Source: Hyphomicrobiales bacterium (lineage in GTDB: Bacteria > Pseudomonadota > Alphaproteobacteria > Rhizobiales > Xanthobacteraceae). Taken from it: DNA of 62,402 bases. The notes beneath the pieces were generated by a model. It saw only the letters and a program-made list of their open reading frames with translations. It was not told the origin of the DNA and did not search any database. The translations under genes and the position numbers were made by a program. The stretch is taken from contig JBIQKQ010000001.1 in assembly GCA_044506365.1 (NCBI GenBank), positions 1 to 62,402 on the forward strand, written 5' to 3'. Positions 1-8,675 of the stretch are shown piece after piece. Position 1 is the stretch's first letter. Each line of letters starts with the position of its first letter.

Positions 1-1016
1 GCGGCGATCAGCGTCGTCTCGGGGTGAACCTGCCGGCCGTCGAGGAGGTCGGCGACCCAGCCCATTTCCACCAGCGACAATTGCGGTGCGGAAAACACGA
101 CGACATCCACCTTCTCGCCGCGCGCGGCGTAGATGCCGTAGAAGTCCGACAGATCCTTTTCGGTGATCGGGTCGGGCGGCGGCGGCTCCCGTCGGCCGCC
201 GAACGCATCGCGCAGGGGCGGCGCGTCCGGCGTGACGCCGGGAATGTGAAACATCGCGACCGAACCGAAGCTCGCCAATGCCGCGCCGAAATGCTTGAGT
301 TCATCGGAATTCGGTACGCGCTCCAGCCCGGAAATGACCGGCACCGCCCAGTAGCTGTCGGTCCGCTTGCCGACGATGCCGCCGAGCGCGCCCCAGTCGC
401 TCAGATCGCGCGGCTGCCACGACACCGCGAAATGTTTCGTGCCGACCCGATGACTGTCGAGATGATAGCCGTAGCGCGGCGTGCGCCCGGTCAGGCCCGC
501 CGACAGGGCGGAAGGCCCGCCCTCGAAATTGCTGCGCGCCCCAAGCACGCCGTTCGAATAGATCACGACGCCCGTATCGCCGAAGGCGAGGTGCTCGCCA
601 TGCACGGGCGGCAGGATGGTCTGATAGTTGATGCAGGTATTGGTCATCATGACCCCGAGCGCCTCGAACGCCCGGATCAGCCGCGCTTCGATATCGACCA
701 TGCCCGGCGTCTGCTTCAGGCGCTTGTAGGCATCGAAGTCGACGCCGCGCGGATCGGTGATGGTCGGGATGGCAACGCGCCGATGCTCCGGCGCCATGGC
801 GGCGAGGCTTTCGACAAAGGCAACGCCCGCCTCGCCCGTCGCCTCGGTATCGGCCATGATATGCGCCTGGCCGACGCGCACGAAATCCTTGGCGTCAAAG
901 AATTCCGCAACCGCAATCTGGTGCGCGATCGCCCATTGACGCGCCGGGCCGAACTCGCCCGCCAGCATTGCCTGTTCTTCGTCGTCGAGCGTCACCATCG
1001 AATGTCCGGCGGTCAT
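1..1016 (-). CDS. Aconitase X (DUF521) catalytic subunit, 3' end runs off the window
   Basis: Not in the ORF track because no stop lies in the window. Manual translation from ATG 1016 (alt 998): MTAGHSMVTLDDEEQAMLAGEFG...NTCINYQT...AFGDTGVVIYSNGVLGARSNFEGGPSALSAGLTGRTPRYGYHL...LKHFGAALASFGS, typical AcnX motifs. Confidence 0.85.
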   Translation of the reverse strand, partial: MTAGHSMVTLDDEEQAMLAGEFGPARQWAIAHQIAVAEFFDAKDFVRVGQAHIMADTEATGEAGVAFVESLAAMAPEHRRVAIPTITDPRGVDFDAYKRLKQTPGMVDIEARLIRAFEALGVMMTNTCINYQTILPPVHGEHLAFGDTGVVIYSNGVLGARSNFEGGPSALSAGLTGRTPRYGYHLDSHRVGTKHFAVSWQPRDLSDWGALGGIVGKRTDSYWAVPVISGLERVPNSDELKHFGAALASFGSVAMFHIPGVTPDAPPLRDAFGGRREPPPPDPITEKDLSDFYGIYAARGEKVDVVVFSAPQLSLVEMGWVADLLDGRQVHPETTLIA

Positions 1017-1146
1017 GAATTGATGCGGTTCGCGGCGCGCGGGACCGCGCAGCGGCGATTGCTTGAAAGCTATATAGTTTTTAGCGCGCCGACCATCGCC
1101 GCGTCAAATGGGCGGGACCGGCAGCCAATGCAGGCGGCTCGCGCAC

Positions 1147-1174
1147 AAAACGGCCGGGCTTTCGCCCGCCCGTT
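1147..1174 (-). terminator. Probable intrinsic terminator after the L,D-transpeptidase gene
   Basis: Hairpin CGGCCGGGC-tttc-GCCCGCCCG (one mismatch) followed by TTTT on the minus strand. Confidence 0.5.
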
Positions 1175-1247
1175 CGTCCCCCGCAACAAACCTGTTGCGT
1201 CCCCCTCTTGTGTACACTTGCCCGCCCGGACGAGTGACGCAGCCCGT

Positions 1248-2093
1248 CTAGCGCGTGACGATCACCTTCGCGCCGAGCCGCGTGCGATTGTAGAGGTCGA
1301 TCACGTCTTCATTGGTCATGCGGATGCAGCCCGACGACACCTCCTCGCCGATCATCCAGGGCTCGTTGGTGCCGTGGATGCGATAGAGCGTGTCGCCGAG
1401 ATAGAGCGCACGCGCACCCATCGGATTCTGCGGGCCGCCTTCCATGTGGCGCGGCAGGTTGGGCTGGCGCGCAAGGATTGCGGGCGTCGGCGTCCAGCTC
1501 GGCCATTCGCGCTTGTTCGAGACGGTCGAGACGCCCGACCACGCCGCGCCCTCGCGGCCGACCGCGACCGCATAGCGGATCGCCTGACCATTGCCGAGCA
1601 CGTAGTAAAGGCGCTTCTCGCGATGGCGCACAATGATGGTGCCGGGTGCATGGTTCTCATGGAACGGCACGACCTGCCGCGGAATCCGGGTATAAAACCT
1701 GCCGAACAGCAGCCGGTTGTTGGGGCGCGAGGTATAGGCGGGCGCCTGCGGATATTGCGGCTGCGACCGGCCTGCGGCCTGATCCGCGTCGGGCCGGTTG
1801 TCGATCCCCCACATTGCGCGCATCCGCTCCTGCCAGGTCATCGGCCGCACTTGCTGCGGCTGCTGCCGGGGCGCTGCACGACGGACGCGGGGCTTGCGCT
1901 TCGCCTGCGCGACATCGGGGGACGGATCGACGGCCGCCCGGGCCGCGGGCATTTGCGTCCGGGACGGCGCCGCCGGTTCTGCCGCGATCGTCGCTGGATT
2001 GGCGGAGGCGTACCGGGTCTCGGCGGTCTGCGCGGAGGCTTGCGCGGTGACGAAAGTGATTGCGGAAAAGGTTAGAAGCACCTGAAATTTCAT
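1248..2093 (-). CDS. L,D-transpeptidase (YkuD/ErfK family) with signal peptide
   Basis: Signal peptide ending AQASAQ; NPMGARALYL; catalytic IHGTNEPWMIGEEVSSGCIRM. Confidence 0.93.
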   Translation of the reverse strand: MKFQVLLTFSAITFVTAQASAQTAETRYASANPATIAAEPAAPSRTQMPAARAAVDPSPDVAQAKRKPRVRRAAPRQQPQQVRPMTWQERMRAMWGIDNRPDADQAAGRSQPQYPQAPAYTSRPNNRLLFGRFYTRIPRQVVPFHENHAPGTIIVRHREKRLYYVLGNGQAIRYAVAVGREGAAWSGVSTVSNKREWPSWTPTPAILARQPNLPRHMEGGPQNPMGARALYLGDTLYRIHGTNEPWMIGEEVSSGCIRMTNEDVIDLYNRTRLGAKVIVTR

Positions 2094-2478
2094 GCCGAAT
2101 CCCCCTCAACGCCCCGCCGATCGGGCTGGACATTAGCGGCGTTGCCGCACTGCACCTAGTGCCTGGAAGCCACAACGGACTGCGGAACACAGAGAGCGGA
2201 TGAACCGCAGCCCCATACCGACTGAGTCGCGCGCAACCATCCACAGGTTTTTCCGGCAGCCGCCCTTCCGAGGCGGGGACGCCGCGGGCCCATTGCGATG
2301 GTCGGCATCGGTGATGACGTGGCGGCAGCGGGCGCGACGGCTCATACGGCCGCGCATGGCGCGTAACGCGCATGGTGAGGCGCGCGCCCGGGACGCGCGT
2401 ACCGGCCTTGCGTGCTGGACGATCTCGCGGAGGATCGGAGCAGGGCCGTTACGTGCACACGGCCCAGGGGGAACGTCC

Positions 2479-3192
2479 TTACTCCTCTTCGGGCTTGGTT
2501 CCGCCGATCTTCTTCAGCTTGGCGAACACGGACGCGACGTCCGCGTCTTCCTTCGACTTGGCGGCAGCCGCGGCCGCACGCGAATCCTCCACCGGCTCCT
2601 GCTCGGGCGCGGTCGTGACCGACGCCGGCAGCAGCGTGACGCGCTCCTGGTCGGAGGGGGCGGGCTTCTCCTTGGCCGCCTTGGCGACCTGCATGTCGAG
2701 ATCGATCTGCGAGCACAAACCGAGCGTGACCGGATCGAGCGGGCTGAGATTGGGCGCGTTCCAGTGACTGCGCTCGCGGATGCTCTGGATCGTCGACTTG
2801 GTGGTGCCGACCAGCCGCATGATCTGGCTGTCCTTCAGCTCGGGATGGTTGCGGATCAGCCAGAGGATGGCATTGGGCCGATCCTGACGGCGCGACACCG
2901 GCGTATAGCGCGGGCCGCGCTTGCTCTTCTGTTCCGGCACCCGCACCTTGCGCTCGGCGAGATGCAGCCGTCGGTTCTTGTCTTTCTCCGCCCGTTCGAT
3001 TTCCTCACGCGTCAACTGCCCGGTCTGAATCGGATCGAGACCCTTGATGCCCTGTGCGGAATCGCCGTCGGCGATCGCCTTCACTTCGAGCGGATGCAGC
3101 TTGCAGAATTCGGCGATCTGATCGAACGACAGCGCGGTGTTCTCGACCAGCCACACGGCGGTGGCCTTCGGCATCAGCGGCGCTTCCTGCAT
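2479..3192 (-). CDS. trcR: DUF1013 protein, TrcR-like cell-cycle transcription factor
   Basis: PLMPKATAVWLVENTALSFDQIAEFCKLHPLEV and RYTPVSRRQDRPNAILW are DUF1013 hallmarks. Confidence 0.85.
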   Translation of the reverse strand: MQEAPLMPKATAVWLVENTALSFDQIAEFCKLHPLEVKAIADGDSAQGIKGLDPIQTGQLTREEIERAEKDKNRRLHLAERKVRVPEQKSKRGPRYTPVSRRQDRPNAILWLIRNHPELKDSQIMRLVGTTKSTIQSIRERSHWNAPNLSPLDPVTLGLCSQIDLDMQVAKAAKEKPAPSDQERVTLLPASVTTAPEQEPVEDSRAAAAAAKSKEDADVASVFAKLKKIGGTKPEEE

Positions 3193-3315
3193 GGAAAATC
3201 TCCTTCGCGCTCCGCCCGCCCGTCAGGGCGTATTTGCAAGGCGAAGCAGGTCGTCATCGGTGATGACAGGAAAGGTGCAAATATAGGCGCTGGAGGGCGA
3301 GCGAGCAACCGAAGG

Positions 3316-3729
3316 TCAGCAGCCTCGGCAGATATTCATCAGCCGCTTGAGCCGGGTGTCCGCCTGCCGCTCCTTCTCCCACCATTCATCGGAGAAGGGC
3401 TGGTTGGGGTCATTTTGCGTCGAATGCCGGGAACCGGTGGTGGCGGCGACCGGGTCCACACGCTCGATCGCCGTCGGCCGGGACCGCGCCACGGCGCGGG
3501 TCGGCGCGCCGGCCGGTATCGGCTCAACGGAGCTGCGCTCGACCACCGGCGCCGCAGGCTCGTGCGCAAGCCGGCGAGCGGTCGGCCCGGTGCCGTCGAG
3601 AAACACCTCATCCGCAAGCACATGGTGCGGGATCGGCGCTCCGGTGGCGTTTTCCACGTGATAACTGCCGCCGGACCCGGCACAGCCGGACAGCGCCGCC
3701 GCAAATGCCACGGCGGCAAGCACTTTCAT
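3316..3729 (-). CDS. Hypothetical lipoprotein with C-terminal CxxC
   Basis: MKVLAAVAFAAALSGC lipobox; ends LKRLMNICRGC; alt start 3744. Confidence 0.7.
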   Translation of the reverse strand: MKVLAAVAFAAALSGCAGSGGSYHVENATGAPIPHHVLADEVFLDGTGPTARRLAHEPAAPVVERSSVEPIPAGAPTRAVARSRPTAIERVDPVAATTGSRHSTQNDPNQPFSDEWWEKERQADTRLKRLMNICRGC

Positions 3730-3867
3730 GTGGATCGAGATCATGCCCTTCGCCCCAGCCCACCCGCGCGGGCCATAAAACCAGTATAGCTTTTCTGAGA
3801 CGTTAAGTCGAATGCTGCGCCTTGACTTCCCGGGGCTCCCGCCCCCATTTCGCGGGGGACCGTTCCG

Positions 3868-4869
3868 ATGAAACATGCGCCAATGACCGGGCCTACGGGC
3901 ATGCCCGGCGGCAACAAGCCGCCGCTACGGGTGATTCTCTGCTCTCCGCGCGGCTTTTGCGCAGGTGTGGTGCGGGCGATCGATTCGGTGGAGCGGGCGC
4001 TCGCGCTCTATGGCGCGCCGGTCTATGTCCGGCACGAAATCGTTCACAATCGCTACGTGGTCGACAGCCTTCGGGCCAAGGGCGCAATCTTTGTCGAGGA
4101 GCTCGACGAAATCCCGCAGACCAATGCGCCGGTGGTTTTTTCGGCGCATGGCGTGCCGAAATCGGTGCCGGAGGATGCCAGGCTCCGCAATTTCATCACG
4201 CTCGACGCGACTTGTCCGCTGGTCACAAAGGTTCATCGCGAGGCGGAAATCCATTTCCGGCGCGGCCGCGAAATCCTGCTGATCGGCCATTCCGGCCATC
4301 CGGAGGTGGTGGGCACCATGGGGCAGTTGCCGCAGGGGGCGATCACGCTGATCCAGACCATTGAAGAAGCCCGGGCCTTCGTGCCGAAGGATGCGGACAA
4401 TCTTGCTTTCGTGACCCAGACCACGCTGTCGGTCTCCGATACGTCGGAAATCGTCGGCGTGCTGCGCGCGCGTTTTCCGGCGATTGTCGGCCCGCATCGG
4501 GAGGATATCTGCTACGCAACCACCAACCGGCAGGACGCCGTGAAGCGGGTCGCGCCGCTGGTGGAGGCGATGGTGGTGGTGGGGGCGCCCAATTCCTCGA
4601 ATTCGCAGCGTCTGAAAGAGGTCGCCGAACGTGCCGGCTGCCCCTATGCGGTACTGCTGCAGCGCGCCGCCGATATCGACTGGACGAGGCTCGGCGCCAT
4701 AGCCTCGCTTGGCGTCACCGCCGGCGCGTCGGCGCCGGAAGTGCTGGTCGAGGAAATGCTCGACGCCTTCGCGCAGCGCTATGACTTGCAGGTGGAGACC
4801 ATGGCGGCAACCGAGGAGAATATGTTCTTCCCACTGCCGCGCCCGCTGCGTCCTGAAGCTGCGGAGTGA
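3868..4869 (+). CDS. ispH: 4-hydroxy-3-methylbut-2-enyl diphosphate reductase
   Basis: [46 protein letters not shown]; true start may be 3901. Confidence 0.97.
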   Translation: MKHAPMTGPTGMPGGNKPPLRVILCSPRGFCAGVVRAIDSVERALALYGAPVYVRHEIVHNRYVVDSLRAKGAIFVEELDEIPQTNAPVVFSAHGVPKSVPEDARLRNFITLDATCPLVTKVHREAEIHFRRGREILLIGHSGHPEVVGTMGQLPQGAITLIQTIEEARAFVPKDADNLAFVTQTTLSVSDTSEIVGVLRARFPAIVGPHREDICYATTNRQDAVKRVAPLVEAMVVVGAPNSSNSQRLKEVAERAGCPYAVLLQRAADIDWTRLGAIASLGVTAGASAPEVLVEEMLDAFAQRYDLQVETMAATEENMFFPLPRPLRPEAAE

Positions 4870-4872
4870 TCC

Positions 4873-5850
4873 GTGGCGGTCTATACTGACGTTCCCGCCG
4901 AAGAGCTGGACGCCTTTCTCGCTGGCTACGACATCGGCAAGCTCTTGTCCTACAAGGGAATTGCGGAGGGCGTGCAGAATTCCAACTTCCTGCTGCACAC
5001 CGATGCCGGCTATTTCATCCTGACGCTGTATGAGCGTCTGGTCGCGGTCGAGGATCTCCCGTTCTTTGTGTCGCTGATGGAGCATCTGGCGGTGCGCGGC
5101 ATCAATTGCCCGCAGCCGGTACGCATGCGCGATGGCCGCACGCTCGGTGAATTGTGTGGGCGCGCCGCGGCGATCGTGACCTTTCTCGACGGGGTCTGGA
5201 TGCGACGGGTGGAATCGCGCCACTGCGCGGCGGTGGGAGAGGCGCTCGCCAAGCTGCATCTCGCCGGCGCCGATTTCCCCGGCTATCGCGACAACGCGCT
5301 CGCCGCGACCCGGCTGCGGCCGCTATTCGAATCCTGCGCCGATCGCATCGATACCATCCAGCCCGGCATGCTGGCGGCAATCCGGTCCGAACTCGATTTC
5401 CTGGACCGGGAATGGCCGCGCGGGCTCCCCGAAGGCGTGATCCATGCCGACCTGTTTCCGGACAATGTGTTCTTCCTCGGCGAGCGGCTGTCGGGCCTGA
5501 TCGACTTCTATTTCGCCTGCAACGACATGCTCGCCTATGACGTGGCGATCTGCCTGAATGCCTGGTGTTTCGAGAGCGATCATTCCTACAATGTCACCAA
5601 GGGCCGGGCGCTGCTGCAGGGTTATGCGAGGGTGCGGCCGATGAGCGAGGGCGAGCTTGCGGCGATGCCGCTGCTCGCTCGCGGAGCGGCGCTGCGTTTT
5701 CTTGCGACGCGCGTGGTCGACTGGCTCAATGTGCCGCCGGGCGCGCTGGTGCGGCCCAAATCGCCGCAGGAATATTTCCGCAAGCTGCGCTTCCATCAGC
5801 ATGCCCGCAGCGTGCATGACTACGGCGTCGAGGCGCGGGAGCTCGCGTGA
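4873..5850 (+). CDS. thrB: Homoserine kinase (type II)
   Basis: MAVYT start, [27 protein letters not shown]; ispH-thrB-rnhA synteny. Confidence 0.95.
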   Translation: MAVYTDVPAEELDAFLAGYDIGKLLSYKGIAEGVQNSNFLLHTDAGYFILTLYERLVAVEDLPFFVSLMEHLAVRGINCPQPVRMRDGRTLGELCGRAAAIVTFLDGVWMRRVESRHCAAVGEALAKLHLAGADFPGYRDNALAATRLRPLFESCADRIDTIQPGMLAAIRSELDFLDREWPRGLPEGVIHADLFPDNVFFLGERLSGLIDFYFACNDMLAYDVAICLNAWCFESDHSYNVTKGRALLQGYARVRPMSEGELAAMPLLARGAALRFLATRVVDWLNVPPGALVRPKSPQEYFRKLRFHQHARSVHDYGVEARELA

Positions 5851-5875
5851 GCCTTTCGCCAGAGAATCCGCGCTC

Positions 5876-6331
5876 ATGAGTTTGCCGCACGTCATCGTCC
5901 ATACCGACGGCGCCTGTTCGGGCAATCCCGGCCCCGGCGGCTGGGGCGCGATCCTGCAATCGGGCGGTCACACCAAGGAGCTGAAGGGGGGCGAAGCGCA
6001 TACCACCAACAACCGCATGGAGCTGATGGCGGCGATTTCGGCGCTCGAAGCGCTGAAGAAGCCGTGCCGCGTCGATCTCTATACCGACAGCCAGTATGTG
6101 CGGAACGGCATTTCAGGCTGGATTCACGGCTGGAAGAAGAACGGCTGGCGCACCGCCGACAAGAAGCCGGTGAAGAATGTCGACCTGTGGCAGCGGCTCG
6201 ATGCCGCGCTCGGGCGGCATCAAGTGACGTGGCACTGGGTCAAGGGCCATGCCGGGCACGATCTCAACGAGCGCGCGGATCAGCTGGCGCGCGCGGCGAT
6301 CGCGGAAGTGCGGGCGAAGGGGAAGATGTAG
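5876..6331 (+). CDS. rnhA: Ribonuclease HI
   Basis: [41 protein letters not shown]. Confidence 0.97.
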   Translation: MSLPHVIVHTDGACSGNPGPGGWGAILQSGGHTKELKGGEAHTTNNRMELMAAISALEALKKPCRVDLYTDSQYVRNGISGWIHGWKKNGWRTADKKPVKNVDLWQRLDAALGRHQVTWHWVKGHAGHDLNERADQLARAAIAEVRAKGKM

Positions 6332-6355
6332 GCGAGGTCGTGCTGCAGACTCCGT

Positions 6356-6382
6356 TTCCCTCTCCCCTTGAGGGAGAGGGAA
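6356..6382. repeat. REP-like palindrome (CCCTCTCCC family) between convergent genes
   Basis: TTCCCTCTCCC-cttga-GGGAGAGGGAA, perfect 11-bp inverted repeat. Confidence 0.7.
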
Positions 6383-6395
6383 GGAAAGGAAAGCA

Positions 6396-6878
6396 TTACA
6401 GGGCCTTCAGCAGCGCCTCGGCGCCCGAGACCTCCGCTTTGCCGGGGGCGTCCTCGATCGAGAGCGACTTCACCACCCCGTCGTCGACCACCATGCAATA
6501 GCGCTTGGAGCGGATGCCGAGCCCCATGCCGGAGGCATCGAGTTCGAGGCCGGTCGCTTTTGCAAAATCGGCGCTGCCGTCGGCGAGAAACTCGATGTCG
6601 TCGGAGCCGGCCGCGCTCTTCCATGCGCCCATGACGAACGGATCGTTGACCGCGGTGACGGCGATCGCGTCGATGCCCTTGGCCTTGATGGCGGCGGCAT
6701 TCTGCACGAAGCCCGGCAGATGGTTCTTGGTGCAGGTCGGTGTGAACGCGCCGGGCACCGCGAACAGCACGACCTTCCTGCCCTTGAATACCTCGTCGGT
6801 GGTCTTCGGCTTCGGCCCGTCCGCCGTCATGACTCGGAAAGTGGTGTTGGGCAGTGTGTCGCCGACCTTGATGGCCAT
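6396..6878 (-). CDS. Peroxiredoxin (Prx5/Redoxin family)
   Basis: VPGAFTPTC, VNDPFVMGAW, RSKRY. Confidence 0.93.
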   Translation of the reverse strand: MAIKVGDTLPNTTFRVMTADGPKPKTTDEVFKGRKVVLFAVPGAFTPTCTKNHLPGFVQNAAAIKAKGIDAIAVTAVNDPFVMGAWKSAAGSDDIEFLADGSADFAKATGLELDASGMGLGIRSKRYCMVVDDGVVKSLSIEDAPGKAEVSGAEALLKAL

Positions 6879-6962
6879 GAAATCCTCTCTGCGTGTCACG
6901 TTGCGTACCGTGGCGTCGATGGCCGCCCGGGCAACGCGAGCAAAATAGGCGGGGGGGATGTT

Positions 6963-7811
6963 TTAGTCGAGCCGGAAGGTGGTCTCGATCGCGTCGTCGC
7001 CGGCAACCGCCGTGACCCTGATCGTCGCCCCCTTGTCGCTTGCACCCGGCGGCAGCCCGTCAAGGGCGAATACGAAACGCTGCAGTCCGGTTGGCGCGCC
7101 GGCGATCTTCTCAGGCACCGGCAGCGCCCAGTCCGCGCTCGGACCTTCTGCGAACACCGCCACCGGGCTACCCGCGGGCGCGGCAATATCGAGCAGCACG
7201 CGCTGCGGCTTCGCGGCATCGTCGCGGTGGACAGCCTTGACTGCAAACGCCGCGTCGGCGCCGAGCGCCACCGGCCGCGGAACGCTTTTCTCCGCAGCGG
7301 CGATCTCCGGCTTCGCCGCGCCGCCAGCCTTGATCGTCAGCTCGGCCTTGCCATGGACGGGAATGCAGACCTTCTCGCAGATCGCATAGTCAAGCGCGAG
7401 CCGCAACGTCACCGGCTTGCCCGCATCCTTCGGCTCGACCGCGAGCGGGAACAGCACGGTGTTGCGGTAGCCGATGATGACGCCGTCGGCATCGGCCATG
7501 CGTTCCGGCGCGGGCCAGGCCACGCGCACCGACTTCACGTTTTCGGATTTTGCAAAATCAAAATGTGGCGGAATCCCGGAATCGCCCGGATAGCGCCAGT
7601 AGGTCTTCCAGCCCGGCGCCAGCCGTATTTGAATGCCGGCGCGCAGCACGGACCGAGCATTGTCGACAGTTGTGCCGCCCGAAACCATCCGGATCGCCGC
7701 ACGTGTATCGCCTTGCCACTCAGAAACGTCGGCGCGCGCCGAAGACAGCGGCGAAAATGTGCCAAGGGCGATTGTGGCAACGACGGACAGGCCAAAGGTA
7801 ATGGAACGCAT
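6963..7811 (-). CDS. Periplasmic DsbD N-terminal-domain protein
   Basis: Signal peptide; PGWKTYWRYPGDSGIPP; AICEKVCIP. Confidence 0.85.
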   Translation of the reverse strand: MRSITFGLSVVATIALGTFSPLSSARADVSEWQGDTRAAIRMVSGGTTVDNARSVLRAGIQIRLAPGWKTYWRYPGDSGIPPHFDFAKSENVKSVRVAWPAPERMADADGVIIGYRNTVLFPLAVEPKDAGKPVTLRLALDYAICEKVCIPVHGKAELTIKAGGAAKPEIAAAEKSVPRPVALGADAAFAVKAVHRDDAAKPQRVLLDIAAPAGSPVAVFAEGPSADWALPVPEKIAGAPTGLQRFVFALDGLPPGASDKGATIRVTAVAGDDAIETTFRLD

Positions 7812-7915
7812 GCCGGAACTTAGGCATTTCAGATGTAATAGACCACTGAAATGCCCGTGAAGTGTGGCGAAACTTCCGATTCACAATCAGGCGCGATAGG
7901 GCTAACCTCAGCGTT

Positions 7916-8542
7916 ATGAAGATTCCGAAATCAGAACTGGGGCGGAAATCCGCGGGCCAGGCGGCGCGCGGCTATCTCGATGGCCAGATGCTGATCGCCT
8001 CGCCCTCGATGAGCGACGACCGCTTCGCAAAGACGCTGATCTATATCTGCGCGCATTCGCCGGAAGGCGCGATGGGCATTGTCGTCAACCAGCCGGCCAG
8101 CAACATCAATTTCCCGGACCTTCTTGTGCAGCTTAACGTGGTCCCGGATCGCGACGCCATACAGGTGTCGACCCGGTATGACGATGTGCTCGTGTTGAAA
8201 GGCGGACCTGTCGAGACCGGCCGCGGATTCGTGCTGCATTCGGCGGATTTCTTCATCGAGAATTCGACGCTGCCGATCGACGACGGCATCTGCCTGACAG
8301 CGACCATCGATATCCTGAAGGCGATCGCGACCGGCGATGGTCCGGCAAGCGCGATCCTTGCGCTCGGCTATGCCGGCTGGGCGCCCGGCCAGCTCGAGAC
8401 CGAAATTCAGAACAATGGCTGGCTGCATTGCTCCGCCGATGCCGAGCTGATCTTTGGCGATCCACAGCGCAAATACGAGAAGGCGATGCGCAAGCTCGGC
8501 ATCGCCCCCGGCATGCTGTCGAGTGAATCCGGCCACGCGTAG
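7916..8542 (+). CDS. algH: YqgE/AlgH family protein (UPF0301)
   Basis: [35 protein letters not shown]-terminal SGHA. Confidence 0.92.
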   Translation: MKIPKSELGRKSAGQAARGYLDGQMLIASPSMSDDRFAKTLIYICAHSPEGAMGIVVNQPASNINFPDLLVQLNVVPDRDAIQVSTRYDDVLVLKGGPVETGRGFVLHSADFFIENSTLPIDDGICLTATIDILKAIATGDGPASAILALGYAGWAPGQLETEIQNNGWLHCSADAELIFGDPQRKYEKAMRKLGIAPGMLSSESGHA

Positions 8543-8559
8543 CGACGCGGCCTCTCGCT

Positions 8560-8642
8560 CCGTTCGCTCCCGCGCAAGCGGGAATCCAAAAAGCCCCGAA
8601 CTGGATGATGGTTGTTACGCTTCGTCCCCGCACGGATGAACG
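8560..8642. repeat. Degenerate REP-like element (CCCGCG..GCGGGAATCCA family)
   Basis: CGTTCGCTCCCGCGCAAGCGGGAATCCA...GTCCCCGCACGGATGAACG; resembles 25020-25087. Confidence 0.6.
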
Positions 8643-8675
8643 TATCGCTTGAACGTCTGCTGACGGGGCGCCGAA

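Noticed and set aside
24-2075. 683-aa plus-strand ORF
   Set aside because: Antisense shadow of acnX and the L,D-transpeptidase; no motifs; typical of high-GC DNA.
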